DNA from: a virus
Lineage: Duplodnaviria > Caudoviricetes
Direction: 5' to 3' (one strand)
Length of the DNA: 33,642 bases
IMG/VR virus record: IMGVR_UViG_3300032303_002768
Location: 1-33,642 of that record
In this document: positions 25,155-32,784 of the stretch, in pieces
Layout: every line of letters starts with the position of its first letter
Numbering within the stretch: the first letter of the stretch is position 1
Notes under the pieces: model-generated
The model's database searches: none
What the model saw: only the letters and a program-made list of their open reading frames with translations
Told to the model about the DNA's origin: nothing
Made by a program: the position numbers and the translations under genes

Positions 25155-27550
25155 CTTTCATTCCTCCTTGAACCACCTGAATTTGTACCACCACTTGAAC
25201 CACCAGATGAAGGAGCACTAGGTGCACCACCTCCAGTAGCCAAACCTACTGCATTAAGTGCAGCTCCTGTTGCAACAACTGTTGCTACAACCATATTTGT
25301 TGCTTCCTTTCTTTCACTTGGAGTCATGTCTGCTCCAATGCTTCCAAGTGCTGCAAGTGCTACTCCTGGATCTGTAAATGCTGCTTGTAGTAATGCTCCT
25401 GGATTTTGAACTAATTCTACATTTGCAGCAACTTCTGCTGTAATAACTAAAACCTCACCAGATTCAGAAGTTCTAACTGCAACTGGAGTTTCTGGTGGAA
25501 GATCAACATAAGAGACACCAGATGCTTTAACTTCTGCTGCTGATATAGATTCTCCAGGCTTTAAATTTTCTACTAATGATGTAACAACTGCTGCTACTTC
25601 TTCTTTTGTCAGTTCTTTTCCATTTTTAGCATTTTCTGCAATCTTTGCTAATTTATCTGCTTCTGCTTTAGCTTTTTCTGCTTCATTTTTAGCTTTTTGT
25701 TCTTCTAACTTTGCATTTGCTTCTGTTTTAGCTTTTGTTTCAGCTTCAGCTTTTGCTGCTTCTAATTTAGCCTTTGCATCTTTTTCTGCTTGAATTTTTG
25801 CATCTTCTTCAGCTTTTGCTTTTTCAGCCTCTGCTTCTTTAGCTTTTTGTTCTGCTAATATACGAGCATCTTCTGCTGCTTTTGCTTCCGCTGCAGCTTT
25901 TTCTTGTGCTATCTTTGCTTCTTCAATTGCTTTTTCTGCAGCAATTCTATCTGCTTCTGCTTGTTTAGCTATCGCTTCTGCTATTGCTGCTCTTTCTGCT
26001 GCTGCAGCAGCTTCTTGTGCTGCTCTATCTGCTGCTATTTGTGCATCTCTTGCAGCTTGTTCTGCTAATGCTCTAGCTGTTGCTTGTCTAACAGATTCTT
26101 CCGCTGCTAAAGTATTCTGAACAGTAGAGTTTGCTGCATCTACGGCTGATCCCATAGCATTTACTGATTGATTAACAAGCAACAAAGCTGAATCTAATTG
26201 TGATTTTGCTATTTCAACTTGTGCTTGCCAATAGGATACTTCATTAGTTGCTGTTATCCAGTTAGATTGTGCTGCTTGAAGCGCTTGTTGTGCTGCATTT
26301 ATTTCTGATTGTAATGCATTTTTATTTGATTGTAATTCAGACATTACATTTTGTGCAGCAGTCAATGTTTGTTGTGCTAAGGTCAGATTGCTTTGTGCAG
26401 TAGTTAGTTGTTCTGCAAGATTTGTATTAGAAGCAGGGGGAGTGTAAGGAGTGTAACCAGTGTTATCAATATGTGCTGTAAAGTTAGTAGAGTTTGTTCC
26501 AGATGTTAGTGGAATTGATGTACTTCGCATTTGATTATTTACATATTGAACTAACTGTACTGGATTATTATAATTATTTCCATTCATTCCAACAGAAGAA
26601 ATATCTGCTTTCCAAGAACCATCTAATGGGTTTACATCAGCATCAAATGTCATATAAGTAGTTGAAGTTCCAGGTGCATGTGTAGCAAAAGGAACAACAT
26701 TCCATTCAACTAAAAGACTATTAATAGTTGTTGAATATCTAACATATGTTGAAGCATCAACATTCCACCAGTCACGGAAGTTTACATAAACTGCTGGTGC
26801 ATTTCCTCCCCAACCTTGGGCTATACCAAATGATATCAAACCATTTGTTGCAACATATACATCTGTATATGTACGATCACCAAGTTTAAGGGCATAAGGA
26901 AGTGTCATTTTAAAAGCCCAGTCATCATCTTTAGGAAGATTTGTTGTCTGTGGATTGCCAGCATTTTCTAACCGTATCTGGTTTTGAACTAATGCTATAT
27001 CTTCTTGACGAGCAAGGACTGTAGCACTATCTATATTTATTGTTACCGTCTGGCTATCAATCTGAGTATTAAGAACTGTCATGCTATCTCTAAAAGATAG
27101 AACTGTTGCTGATTCTGTGGCTACTAATTGTGTCATGGCTGTTTGAGTTTCTATCGCTTGAGCCAGCAAATTTTGAGTTGAAACAACATTATTGATAGCA
27201 ACAGTAGCACTATCTACTATTGTTTGAGCTTGTTGAATGGAAGCTTGAGCCTGCGTAATAGTCGCTGTTATAGTTTCTGTAGGGCTTGTGATGGCTGTTG
27301 CTTGGGTTTGTATAATTGCCGTGGCAGTTTCAGCTACTGATATTGAATTATTTGCAGATAAAATTATAGAATTAGAATTTGTAATTAAAGCCGTAGATGT
27401 ATCTGTAATAAGTTGGGCTGGATCTGGAACAATTTCAGTATTAGTCTGACCTGTAAATGTATCTTCTGCATTAGCTTTATTAAAAGATAAAATGTTTATT
27501 AATCCTATTATAAATAAGATTGCAAGCGTAATTTTAATCTTTCTGGTCAT
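25148..27550 (-). CDS. Large exported protein: signal peptide, coiled coils, nidogen(NIDO)-like beta domain, Ala/Glu/Lys helical stalk, hydrophobic C-terminus
   Basis: DD....LP.......Y..VYVATNGLISFG motif; (AEK)n region; GGAGGT SD; TG-TATAAT upstream on minus strand. Confidence 0.7.
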   Translation of the reverse strand: MTRKIKITLAILFIIGLINILSFNKANAEDTFTGQTNTEIVPDPAQLITDTSTALITNSNSIILSANNSISVAETATAIIQTQATAITSPTETITATITQAQASIQQAQTIVDSATVAINNVVSTQNLLAQAIETQTAMTQLVATESATVLSFRDSMTVLNTQIDSQTVTINIDSATVLARQEDIALVQNQIRLENAGNPQTTNLPKDDDWAFKMTLPYALKLGDRTYTDVYVATNGLISFGIAQGWGGNAPAVYVNFRDWWNVDASTYVRYSTTINSLLVEWNVVPFATHAPGTSTTYMTFDADVNPLDGSWKADISSVGMNGNNYNNPVQLVQYVNNQMRSTSIPLTSGTNSTNFTAHIDNTGYTPYTPPASNTNLAEQLTTAQSNLTLAQQTLTAAQNVMSELQSNKNALQSEINAAQQALQAAQSNWITATNEVSYWQAQVEIAKSQLDSALLLVNQSVNAMGSAVDAANSTVQNTLAAEESVRQATARALAEQAARDAQIAADRAAQEAAAAAERAAIAEAIAKQAEADRIAAEKAIEEAKIAQEKAAAEAKAAEDARILAEQKAKEAEAEKAKAEEDAKIQAEKDAKAKLEAAKAEAETKAKTEANAKLEEQKAKNEAEKAKAEADKLAKIAENAKNGKELTKEEVAAVVTSLVENLKPGESISAAEVKASGVSYVDLPPETPVAVRTSESGEVLVITAEVAANVELVQNPGALLQAAFTDPGVALAALGSIGADMTPSERKEATNMVVATVVATGAALNAVGLATGGGAPSAPSSGGSSGGTNSGGSRRNERW

Positions 27551-27596
27551 ATCTGACCTCCGTATAAAGCATATTTATTTAATTATAACATTTCTC

Positions 27597-27626
27597 TTGA
27601 CAAAAACATATTTTAGGTGATACACT
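27597..27626 (+). promoter_or_regulatory. sigma70-type promoter, leaderless; divergent from a minus-strand promoter
   Basis: TTGACA(27597-27602)-N18-(TG)TACACT(27621-27626); ATG 27632. Confidence 0.65.
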
Positions 27627-27631
27627 TGAGC

Positions 27632-27940
27632 ATGGACATAAAAGCTGCCGAAGAACATATTATGGAAACTACAGAAAATGATAAAATTATAGATAGATTT
27701 GATGCTAAACCACCTTGTCCATGTTCTACATGTGCTAAGTCAAGAAGTTGGGAAAGAAATCAAATAATAAATTCATTATTAATGCATAAAGCTGAATATT
27801 TAATTTATAGGGGATCTTCATTTGATAATGAAGGAAATCTTTTATGGGCTAAAGATGATGCTGCTTCATACGCCGAAGGCATTGATAAGGTTATAGAATT
27901 TATTGAAAATAGAGAGCCAAAAAAAGCTGCAAAAAAATGA
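27632..27940 (+). CDS. Hypothetical protein (CPCSTC)
   Basis: ATG placed at predicted transcription start. Confidence 0.65.
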   Translation: MDIKAAEEHIMETTENDKIIDRFDAKPPCPCSTCAKSRSWERNQIINSLLMHKAEYLIYRGSSFDNEGNLLWAKDDAASYAEGIDKVIEFIENREPKKAAKK

Positions 27941-28086
27941 CATACGAAGAAGAAATAAATTTAAGAAACAAGATTGCTGATGAGATACTTGAAATGCAGT
28001 ATTTTGATGGCCAAGCATTGACTTCTGTATTTGCATTACTTTGGATTAAAAAATGTGCTGATGTGGCACGGGGTGTTGAAAAATAA
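27937..28086 (+). CDS. 49-aa hypothetical protein
   Basis: MTYEEEINLRNKIADEI...CADVARGVEK; ATGA overlap. Confidence 0.65.
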   Translation: MTYEEEINLRNKIADEILEMQYFDGQALTSVFALLWIKKCADVARGVEK

Positions 28087-28110
28087 CACTTTTTATAGTA
28101 GGATAGGTAT

Positions 28111-28254
28111 ATGAATACAAATAAAGAAAAAATGAAAAAATTGATTGAAAATCAGAATGGAATTGAGCATGTTCCAGTAACTGATGAGGATGCCGAGTTT
28201 TTCTTAAAAGTTTTGCTTGGAGATTATAGAGGGCCTGGTTATAGACAAGAATGA
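28111..28254 (+). CDS. 47-aa hypothetical protein
   Basis: MNTNKEKMKKLIEN...GPGYRQE; AGGATAGG upstream. Confidence 0.55.
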   Translation: MNTNKEKMKKLIENQNGIEHVPVTDEDAEFFLKVLLGDYRGPGYRQE

Positions 28255-28400
28255 ATAATTTTTTAGCTATATTTATTTTATTAACAATGTTTTTTGCAGC
28301 AAAATATATTACGCTTAAAATTGATTATAAAGATTTAATTAATCAATATAACATTTTAAAAAATTTGCAAAAATCAAAAAGAAAAAAGAATGATTCTTGA
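28251..28400 (+). CDS. 49-aa membrane-anchored peptide
   Basis: MNNFLAIFILLTMFFAAKY...; ATGA overlap. Confidence 0.55.
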   Translation: MNNFLAIFILLTMFFAAKYITLKIDYKDLINQYNILKNLQKSKRKKNDS

Positions 28401-28454
28401 CAGAATTAGTACCATAGTGCTAGAATTAGTCATAACTACTAACAAAGGAAAAAA
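28397..28454 (+). promoter_or_regulatory. Promoter plus 21-nt conserved leader (copy 2)
   Basis: TTGACA-N18-(TG)TAGAAT; AACTACTAACAAAGGAAAAAA (28434-28454); AGAATTAGT repeated at 28402 and 28422. Confidence 0.7.
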
Positions 28455-29309
28455 ATGAAAAAAGTATTGCTTGTATTAGCAATTATCTCAGGTTCAATTG
28501 CATCAATTTCAATCACATCAAATGCAAATGCATCAGAATGTACACAATCTAATGGTTGTGGTGGTTGGTCAATGGTAGATGGCAACGGAGTTGTTGTTGG
28601 AAATGTTGTTTGCCAAGCTTCTGTTTGCGGTCAAGATGGAGAATGGCATGGTAAAGTTCCAGATGGATTTGGTTGTGATGGTTGCACATATGCACTTCAA
28701 GTTCCACCAGCAAGGGACGGATCTTACAATGGTTCAATTGTAAATCCAATTAGTCAAACAGAACCAATGCATTATGATGCACAAACTCAAACATTTTCTC
28801 AGCAGGGAAATTCAGATGTAAGCAGTGTTGAAACTTTTGTTTCAACAAATCGCACCGATAATTCTATCATCAGTAGAAATTTAAATAATGTTACTGAAAA
28901 TATTATTACTCACAATTCTACAATTACTGATAATGTTAGTGTAACTGCAAATTCAAATGTTGCAACATTTAGCGTTAATGAATTAGGGTCTGATAATAGA
29001 CCAGTAATTAAAATTCCTGTTGCTTCTGTACAAATTTCTGTTGATCAAAAGGTTATTACAAAAATTGACAATGTTTCTATAGAAAAATCAATTACTAAGG
29101 TTTCTGATTCATCTACAGTTGTGCTTCCTGTAAAAACAATTGCTCCAACCAAAACTACAGTTGCAGTAAAAAAGGATAGTATTTTATTTAGTTCTAAGGT
29201 TTCTGCAGCGGAAGCAAAAACAATGTTAGATAACTCAAAGAGTTCACTGCTTTCTTCTTATGCAAACCATATCCTTGGAAAAATGCGTAGCATGAGGTTT
29301 TGGGAGTAA
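28455..29309 (+). CDS. Secreted protein with Cys-rich N-terminal domain
   Basis: MKK-hydrophobic-ANA signal peptide; six Cys early in the mature protein; Ser/Thr/Val-rich remainder. Confidence 0.7.
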   Translation: MKKVLLVLAIISGSIASISITSNANASECTQSNGCGGWSMVDGNGVVVGNVVCQASVCGQDGEWHGKVPDGFGCDGCTYALQVPPARDGSYNGSIVNPISQTEPMHYDAQTQTFSQQGNSDVSSVETFVSTNRTDNSIISRNLNNVTENIITHNSTITDNVSVTANSNVATFSVNELGSDNRPVIKIPVASVQISVDQKVITKIDNVSIEKSITKVSDSSTVVLPVKTIAPTKTTVAVKKDSILFSSKVSAAEAKTMLDNSKSSLLSSYANHILGKMRSMRFWE

Positions 29310-29614
29310 TGGAAGCATTATTAATATCAATTATGGCTTTATACACAACCTTCATAGTGGGCGGGATTCACCATTATGAAGGAAAGCTTAAAAATATAAA
29401 TAAGCAAAACAATCAAGCATTAAAAGCACTAGGAAAGCAATTAGATATCAATATTGAATTAGATCAACATAATGAAATATTAAAAAATCAAATTAAATCT
29501 TTAAAGGCAGAAAATACAGAGTTTCGTAATGCCTATGGAAAGTATGAAGGTGAGCTGTATAGATTAAGCCAAGGAACACCTTATGTAAACCCGTATGGAC
29601 CAAAATTTGACTAA
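29309..29614 (+). CDS. Membrane-anchored coiled-coil protein
   Basis: N-terminal hydrophobic helix then heptads; TAATG coupling favours 29309. Confidence 0.65.
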   Translation: MEALLISIMALYTTFIVGGIHHYEGKLKNINKQNNQALKALGKQLDINIELDQHNEILKNQIKSLKAENTEFRNAYGKYEGELYRLSQGTPYVNPYGPKFD

Positions 29615-29702
29615 TAAATGTAATCACAAATGGGTGCTTAGCCCTGATGCAATATTATGTGAGTTTTGCGGGGAAGTAAAGATAGAATATGGTAAAAGAT
29701 AA
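29607..29702 (+). CDS. 31-aa Zn-knuckle micro-protein
   Basis: MTNKCNHKW.....CEFCG; TTG start overlapping the upstream gene end. Confidence 0.5.
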   Translation: MTNKCNHKWVLSPDAILCEFCGEVKIEYGKR

Positions 29703-29738
29703 TATACTTTATATTGCATCACTTTGCTGGGGCAAAAA

Positions 29739-29915
29739 ATGAGGCGAAAAACAGAAGCAATTTTAAGAAAAATCAGGCTACGCCTGCATATTAAAAAAAT
29801 AATGCGGGACAATAAAGATATCTTAGATAAGATAGGATCTGATTATGATGAACATGGTAAGCCATATTGGTATTATCATGAAGTTAATTGTGCATGTACA
29901 AAATGCATGCCTTAA
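29739..29915 (+). CDS. Basic hypothetical protein with C-terminal H..CACTKC
   Basis: Track ORF 29724..29915; ATG 29739 likely. Confidence 0.55.
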   Translation: MRRKTEAILRKIRLRLHIKKIMRDNKDILDKIGSDYDEHGKPYWYYHEVNCACTKCMP

Positions 29916-29922
29916 TTTGATA

Positions 29923-29952
29923 TTGACAAGACCCACTAAATTCTGATAGAAT
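29923..29952 (+). promoter_or_regulatory. sigma70-type promoter, leaderless
   Basis: TTGACA(29923-29928)-N18-(TG)TAGAAT(29947-29952); ATG 29959. Confidence 0.7.
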
Positions 29953-29958
29953 TGTAAT

Positions 29959-30108
29959 ATGAATCAAGCTGAAGACCCTATGGATTGGGATGATATCCGC
30001 AAACTAGAGTCTGAAAGACGTATTGAACTACTAACGAAAGCGATTGTAGATAAATGCAAACAAGACGTAGAGAGCAAGTACGGAAACAAAAAAAGACATC
30101 GCCAATAG
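29959..30108 (+). CDS. 49-aa hypothetical protein
   Basis: MNQAEDPMDWDDIRKLESERRIELLTKAI...; starts at predicted transcription start. Confidence 0.6.
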   Translation: MNQAEDPMDWDDIRKLESERRIELLTKAIVDKCKQDVESKYGNKKRHRQ

Positions 30109-30272
30109 GCACAAATCCAAAAATTAAATATATGACTTATGACTTCTTTGGTGAAGAATGGCATGGTAATTGTGGGGCATGCTTCAAGGATTTTTATGCT
30201 CCAACTAAATCAGAATACTTAATGCAACTACAAAAGCACACTAGATCAATTAATTGTTTAGGGGGTTATTGA
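30054..30272 (+). CDS. Zn-finger hypothetical protein (start uncertain)
   Basis: CGAC...H....C. Confidence 0.6.
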   Translation: MQTRRREQVRKQKKTSPIGTNPKIKYMTYDFFGEEWHGNCGACFKDFYAPTKSEYLMQLQKHTRSINCLGGY

Positions 30273-30394
30273 TGACACACGATTGTATATTTAACTTAGA
30301 CCTTGATGGTCAAGTAACCTGTACTGTATGTGGTGCTATGGATGATGATAAAGAGCCAAACAAGATATTTGAAGAACAGGTAGATTTTGAATGA
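30272..30394 (+). CDS. 40-aa Zn-knuckle micro-protein
   Basis: MTHDC...CTVCG; TGATG coupling, GGGGG SD. Confidence 0.6.
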   Translation: MTHDCIFNLDLDGQVTCTVCGAMDDDKEPNKIFEEQVDFE

Positions 30395-30418
30395 ATAAGC
30401 GAGAGTTTGGGAGTAGCG

Positions 30419-30526
30419 GTGCCTAAAGAAGCCAGTATAATGAAGATGGATTGGAAAGCTTTGGGATATTGGCCTGTATATAAAGATGGAAAACTTACAT
30501 GGGAGAAAGAGCCAGATAATGATTAA
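30419..30526 (+). CDS. 35-aa hypothetical peptide
   Basis: GGGAG SD, GTG start; MPKEASIMKMDWKALGYWPVYKDGKLTWEKE. Confidence 0.5.
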   Translation: MPKEASIMKMDWKALGYWPVYKDGKLTWEKEPDND

Positions 30527-30800
30527 TTGGTTAGTTGGTAGGATATTTTCATGGCGTAGGCTTTATGATGCTGTAACTGATGAAGTTAGGCTTTATGACT
30601 CAGTACTTCGATCACTAAGGTCAAATGATTGGGATAGACATCCGACTAACTTATCTTGGACTGAAAATGATTTATGGTATGGATGGTCATATAGCCCAGA
30701 GAAAAAACGATACTACTTCGATGATTTGGGTTCTGAAAGCTTAATAGATTTGTGGGATTACTTAGGAAAGCGGGAAGCAAGCAATGGGCATATTGGATAA
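30519..30800 (+). CDS. Hypothetical Trp-rich protein
   Basis: Track ORF 30486..30800; ATG 30519 likely. Confidence 0.65.
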   Translation: MINWLVGRIFSWRRLYDAVTDEVRLYDSVLRSLRSNDWDRHPTNLSWTENDLWYGWSYSPEKKRYYFDDLGSESLIDLWDYLGKREASNGHIG

Positions 30801-30915
30801 CCTAGAAGCCTATATGGAAGAAGAAGACTCACATAAAGTAATTTGCAATAAATGTAAAAAAATATTTATTAAATCAAATAAAGATTCATTTCTATGTTTG
30901 ATATGCTCACAATAA
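30784..30915 (+). CDS. 43-aa Zn-ribbon micro-protein
   Basis: MGILDNLEAY...CNKC...CLIC. Confidence 0.6.
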   Translation: MGILDNLEAYMEEEDSHKVICNKCKKIFIKSNKDSFLCLICSQ

Positions 30916-30933
30916 AAGAAACGGGGGGAAGAA

Positions 30934-31134
30934 ATGAACATGCAGTTACTATTTTTACTAGTACTAACAACATGGTATACATCTAAGCTATATTACACAA
31001 GAGAGCCATATATAAATTTTCCTGAGCTTGATGATCATGGCCTTATGACAGCTAAATGCTCACACTGCTCACAATATCTTGTAATTAACCAAGAACATAT
31101 GCGTAATCCATTTTATTGCAATCTCTGCAAATAG
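30934..31134 (+). CDS. Membrane-anchored Zn-ribbon protein
   Basis: Hydrophobic N-terminus; CSHC...CNLC; G-rich SD. Confidence 0.65.
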   Translation: MNMQLLFLLVLTTWYTSKLYYTREPYINFPELDDHGLMTAKCSHCSQYLVINQEHMRNPFYCNLCK

Positions 31135-31206
31135 AGCAAAATAGGCATCTATCCCTTATCCCCCGCTCTCATTTATCTCCTGTATATGAGCCTCCTAGAG
31201 GCCTAT

Positions 31207-31235
31207 AAAGTGGAGTAAAGTGGAGCAAAGTGGTG
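31207..31235. repeat. Three tandem AAAGTGG(A/T)G repeats, 10-bp period
   Basis: Copies start at 31207, 31217 and 31227. Confidence 0.85.
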
Positions 31236-31352
31236 AATAATATACATAAGTATTTAAATAAATTCAGTTATTAATTATATATACATTGTTACTAGTTATG
31301 AGACGATATCACATCGCCATCGTAATGTCAAGGACATATCGTGCATATAAAA

Positions 31353-31368
31353 TGTGATATTTGTCACA
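31353..31368. promoter_or_regulatory. CRP/GlxR-type binding site
   Basis: Perfect TGTGA-N6-TCACA in AAATGTGATATTTGTCACATAT. Confidence 0.6.
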
Positions 31369-31425
31369 TATAATCCATATAAAAAATGCAGAAATTTTGC
31401 ACATATTTTGCACAAAATAGAATCA

Positions 31426-31490
31426 AAATAGATCAGAACTTGTACATTTTAAGACAGAATGTCTAATTATGTACAGATTTTGATCTACTT
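31426..31490. repeat. Long imperfect inverted repeat
   Basis: 22-nt arms AAATAGATCAGAACTTGTACAT / ATGTACAGATTTTGATCTACTT with inner AGACA/TGTCT stem. Confidence 0.75.
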
Positions 31491-31536
31491 TTTTTATATC
31501 GTTATTTTAGTATACATTATATGTGATCAATATAAC

Positions 31537-31700
31537 TCCAGCGAAATTTGACATAGCTTCGTAATGTCTGATATAGGATCTATTGAGATTTATAAATAAA
31601 AAGTCCAGCGAATTTTAGAGGTCCTTCGTAATGTATTATATATAGTACTATGGATTGTTGATAAAAAAATCCAGCGAAATTCCCGCCCCCTTCGTAATGT
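31537..31700. repeat. Bipartite interspaced repeat array, three units of TCCAGCGAAWTT-N8-CTTCGTAATGT
   Basis: Units at 31537, 31604 and 31670; unique spacers of 36 and 35 nt. Confidence 0.9.
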
Positions 31701-31763
31701 CTATTTATTTTATGATATGTCTACGCCGTCACAAATAGGGCAAATCGGACATTTGGTTTGATC

Positions 31764-31802
31764 AAAAAAAGAAGGCCATCAGCTCTCCAACTGATGGCCC
31801 TC
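31764..31802 (-). terminator. Rho-independent terminator for the minus-strand block
   Basis: Minus strand GAGGGCCATCAG-TTGGAGAG-CTGATGGCCTTC-TTTTTTT. Confidence 0.85.
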
Positions 31803-31840
31803 GTGGACTTGGCAGGAACAGCCTGAACGCCCTATCTTTA

Positions 31841-32131
31841 TTATACTACTAGATACTCGTTTTGGTCAAGTGGTCTAGTAACCCCTGTGAGTCCCAACTC
31901 CTCAAGGGCAAACTTTAGTTCTTTACATGTTTGCTGAACTTCAGCCAACTGCATTGGGATTACTTTCTGCTCTGCCATGACAATTATATAATTAACTAAA
32001 TAACCTAACATGGCTTCATTTACTGCCTTGGGTTCTCTTGTCATTTTCATTGCTAATGCTGCAGGTGATACTCTTGTATCCGCCAGCCCCGTAGCAATCT
32101 TTTCGTGTACTTTGTCATTAATGCTTGCCAA
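31841..32131 (-). CDS. Hypothetical protein
   Basis: 96 aa; GAGGTG SD, TTG start. Confidence 0.7.
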   Translation of the reverse strand: MASINDKVHEKIATGLADTRVSPAALAMKMTREPKAVNEAMLGYLVNYIIVMAEQKVIPMQLAEVQQTCKELKFALEELGLTGVTRPLDQNEYLVV

Positions 32132-32134
32132 TAG

Positions 32135-32524
32135 TTACACCTCTTCCTCTTCGGATTCTAGCACATCATCTTCGTCTTCGTCAAGCACATCATCAATAGG
32201 AATTAGGAATGAATTATCAACTAACCAATCAGTGACCGCTTCATCCATTTCAAGGGCACCGTATTCAAGGGTGAACGTTTCGGACGGGTTTGCCCAAAGA
32301 GTGTCCCAGATATCATCCAGAGTAATATCACGCTTAACTACATAGTCATTGTATTCAGCAACTTCTTTATACTCCTCATATTTAAATCTAATTAGGTCCC
32401 ATGCCCATGTCCAAATAAGAGACATACCTACAGGAACATTGTTTAATCTATCAACAATCTCATCAAGTTCTTTACGTACATCATTACCTCTAATTTTATT
32501 TTGTAGGTCTATTTCAATTGTCAT
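32135..32524 (-). CDS. Hypothetical acidic protein
   Basis: GGAG SD favours ATG 32524; FTLEYG motif and acidic tail. Confidence 0.7.
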   Translation of the reverse strand: MTIEIDLQNKIRGNDVRKELDEIVDRLNNVPVGMSLIWTWAWDLIRFKYEEYKEVAEYNDYVVKRDITLDDIWDTLWANPSETFTLEYGALEMDEAVTDWLVDNSFLIPIDDVLDEDEDDVLESEEEEV

Positions 32525-32783
32525 TGCTTGCTCCAATCGCAAATGATAGTTGGTATGTTAGATTATATAGTTCTCCATATGTATCACAAACACCTTCCCA
32601 GTATTTGCGTTCCATAGAATCCATGGCTTCTTCTGATTCATTTTCAGCCTTTTGGGCCAAGGTTAACTGTTGTTCTGCCATTAGCATGAGGTTCTTGAGT
32701 TCCCCGTGCATGATGTCAAGGCCTGATACTCCAGCGCTTACCATACGTTGCAGGTGAGGCGGGAGAATTAAAGTATCTTCCAT
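32514..32783 (-). CDS. Hypothetical protein
   Basis: AAAGGG SD; AMDSMERKYWEG helical hairpin. Confidence 0.7.
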   Translation of the reverse strand: MEDTLILPPHLQRMVSAGVSGLDIMHGELKNLMLMAEQQLTLAQKAENESEEAMDSMERKYWEGVCDTYGELYNLTYQLSFAIGASNDN

Positions 32784-32784
32784 T

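Noticed and set aside
25560-26100. Ala/Glu/Lys-rich stretch as a DNA repeat element, TolA or tape-measure gene
   Set aside because: Low-complexity helical coding region within the 800-aa exported protein; no exact DNA periodicity seen and no tail-gene context
31537-31700. Canonical CRISPR array or TIGR array
   Set aside because: Only three units, repeat centres differ completely, no cas/Tas-like gene in the window, and the period is 66-67 rather than 36 nt; kept as an unexplained repeat
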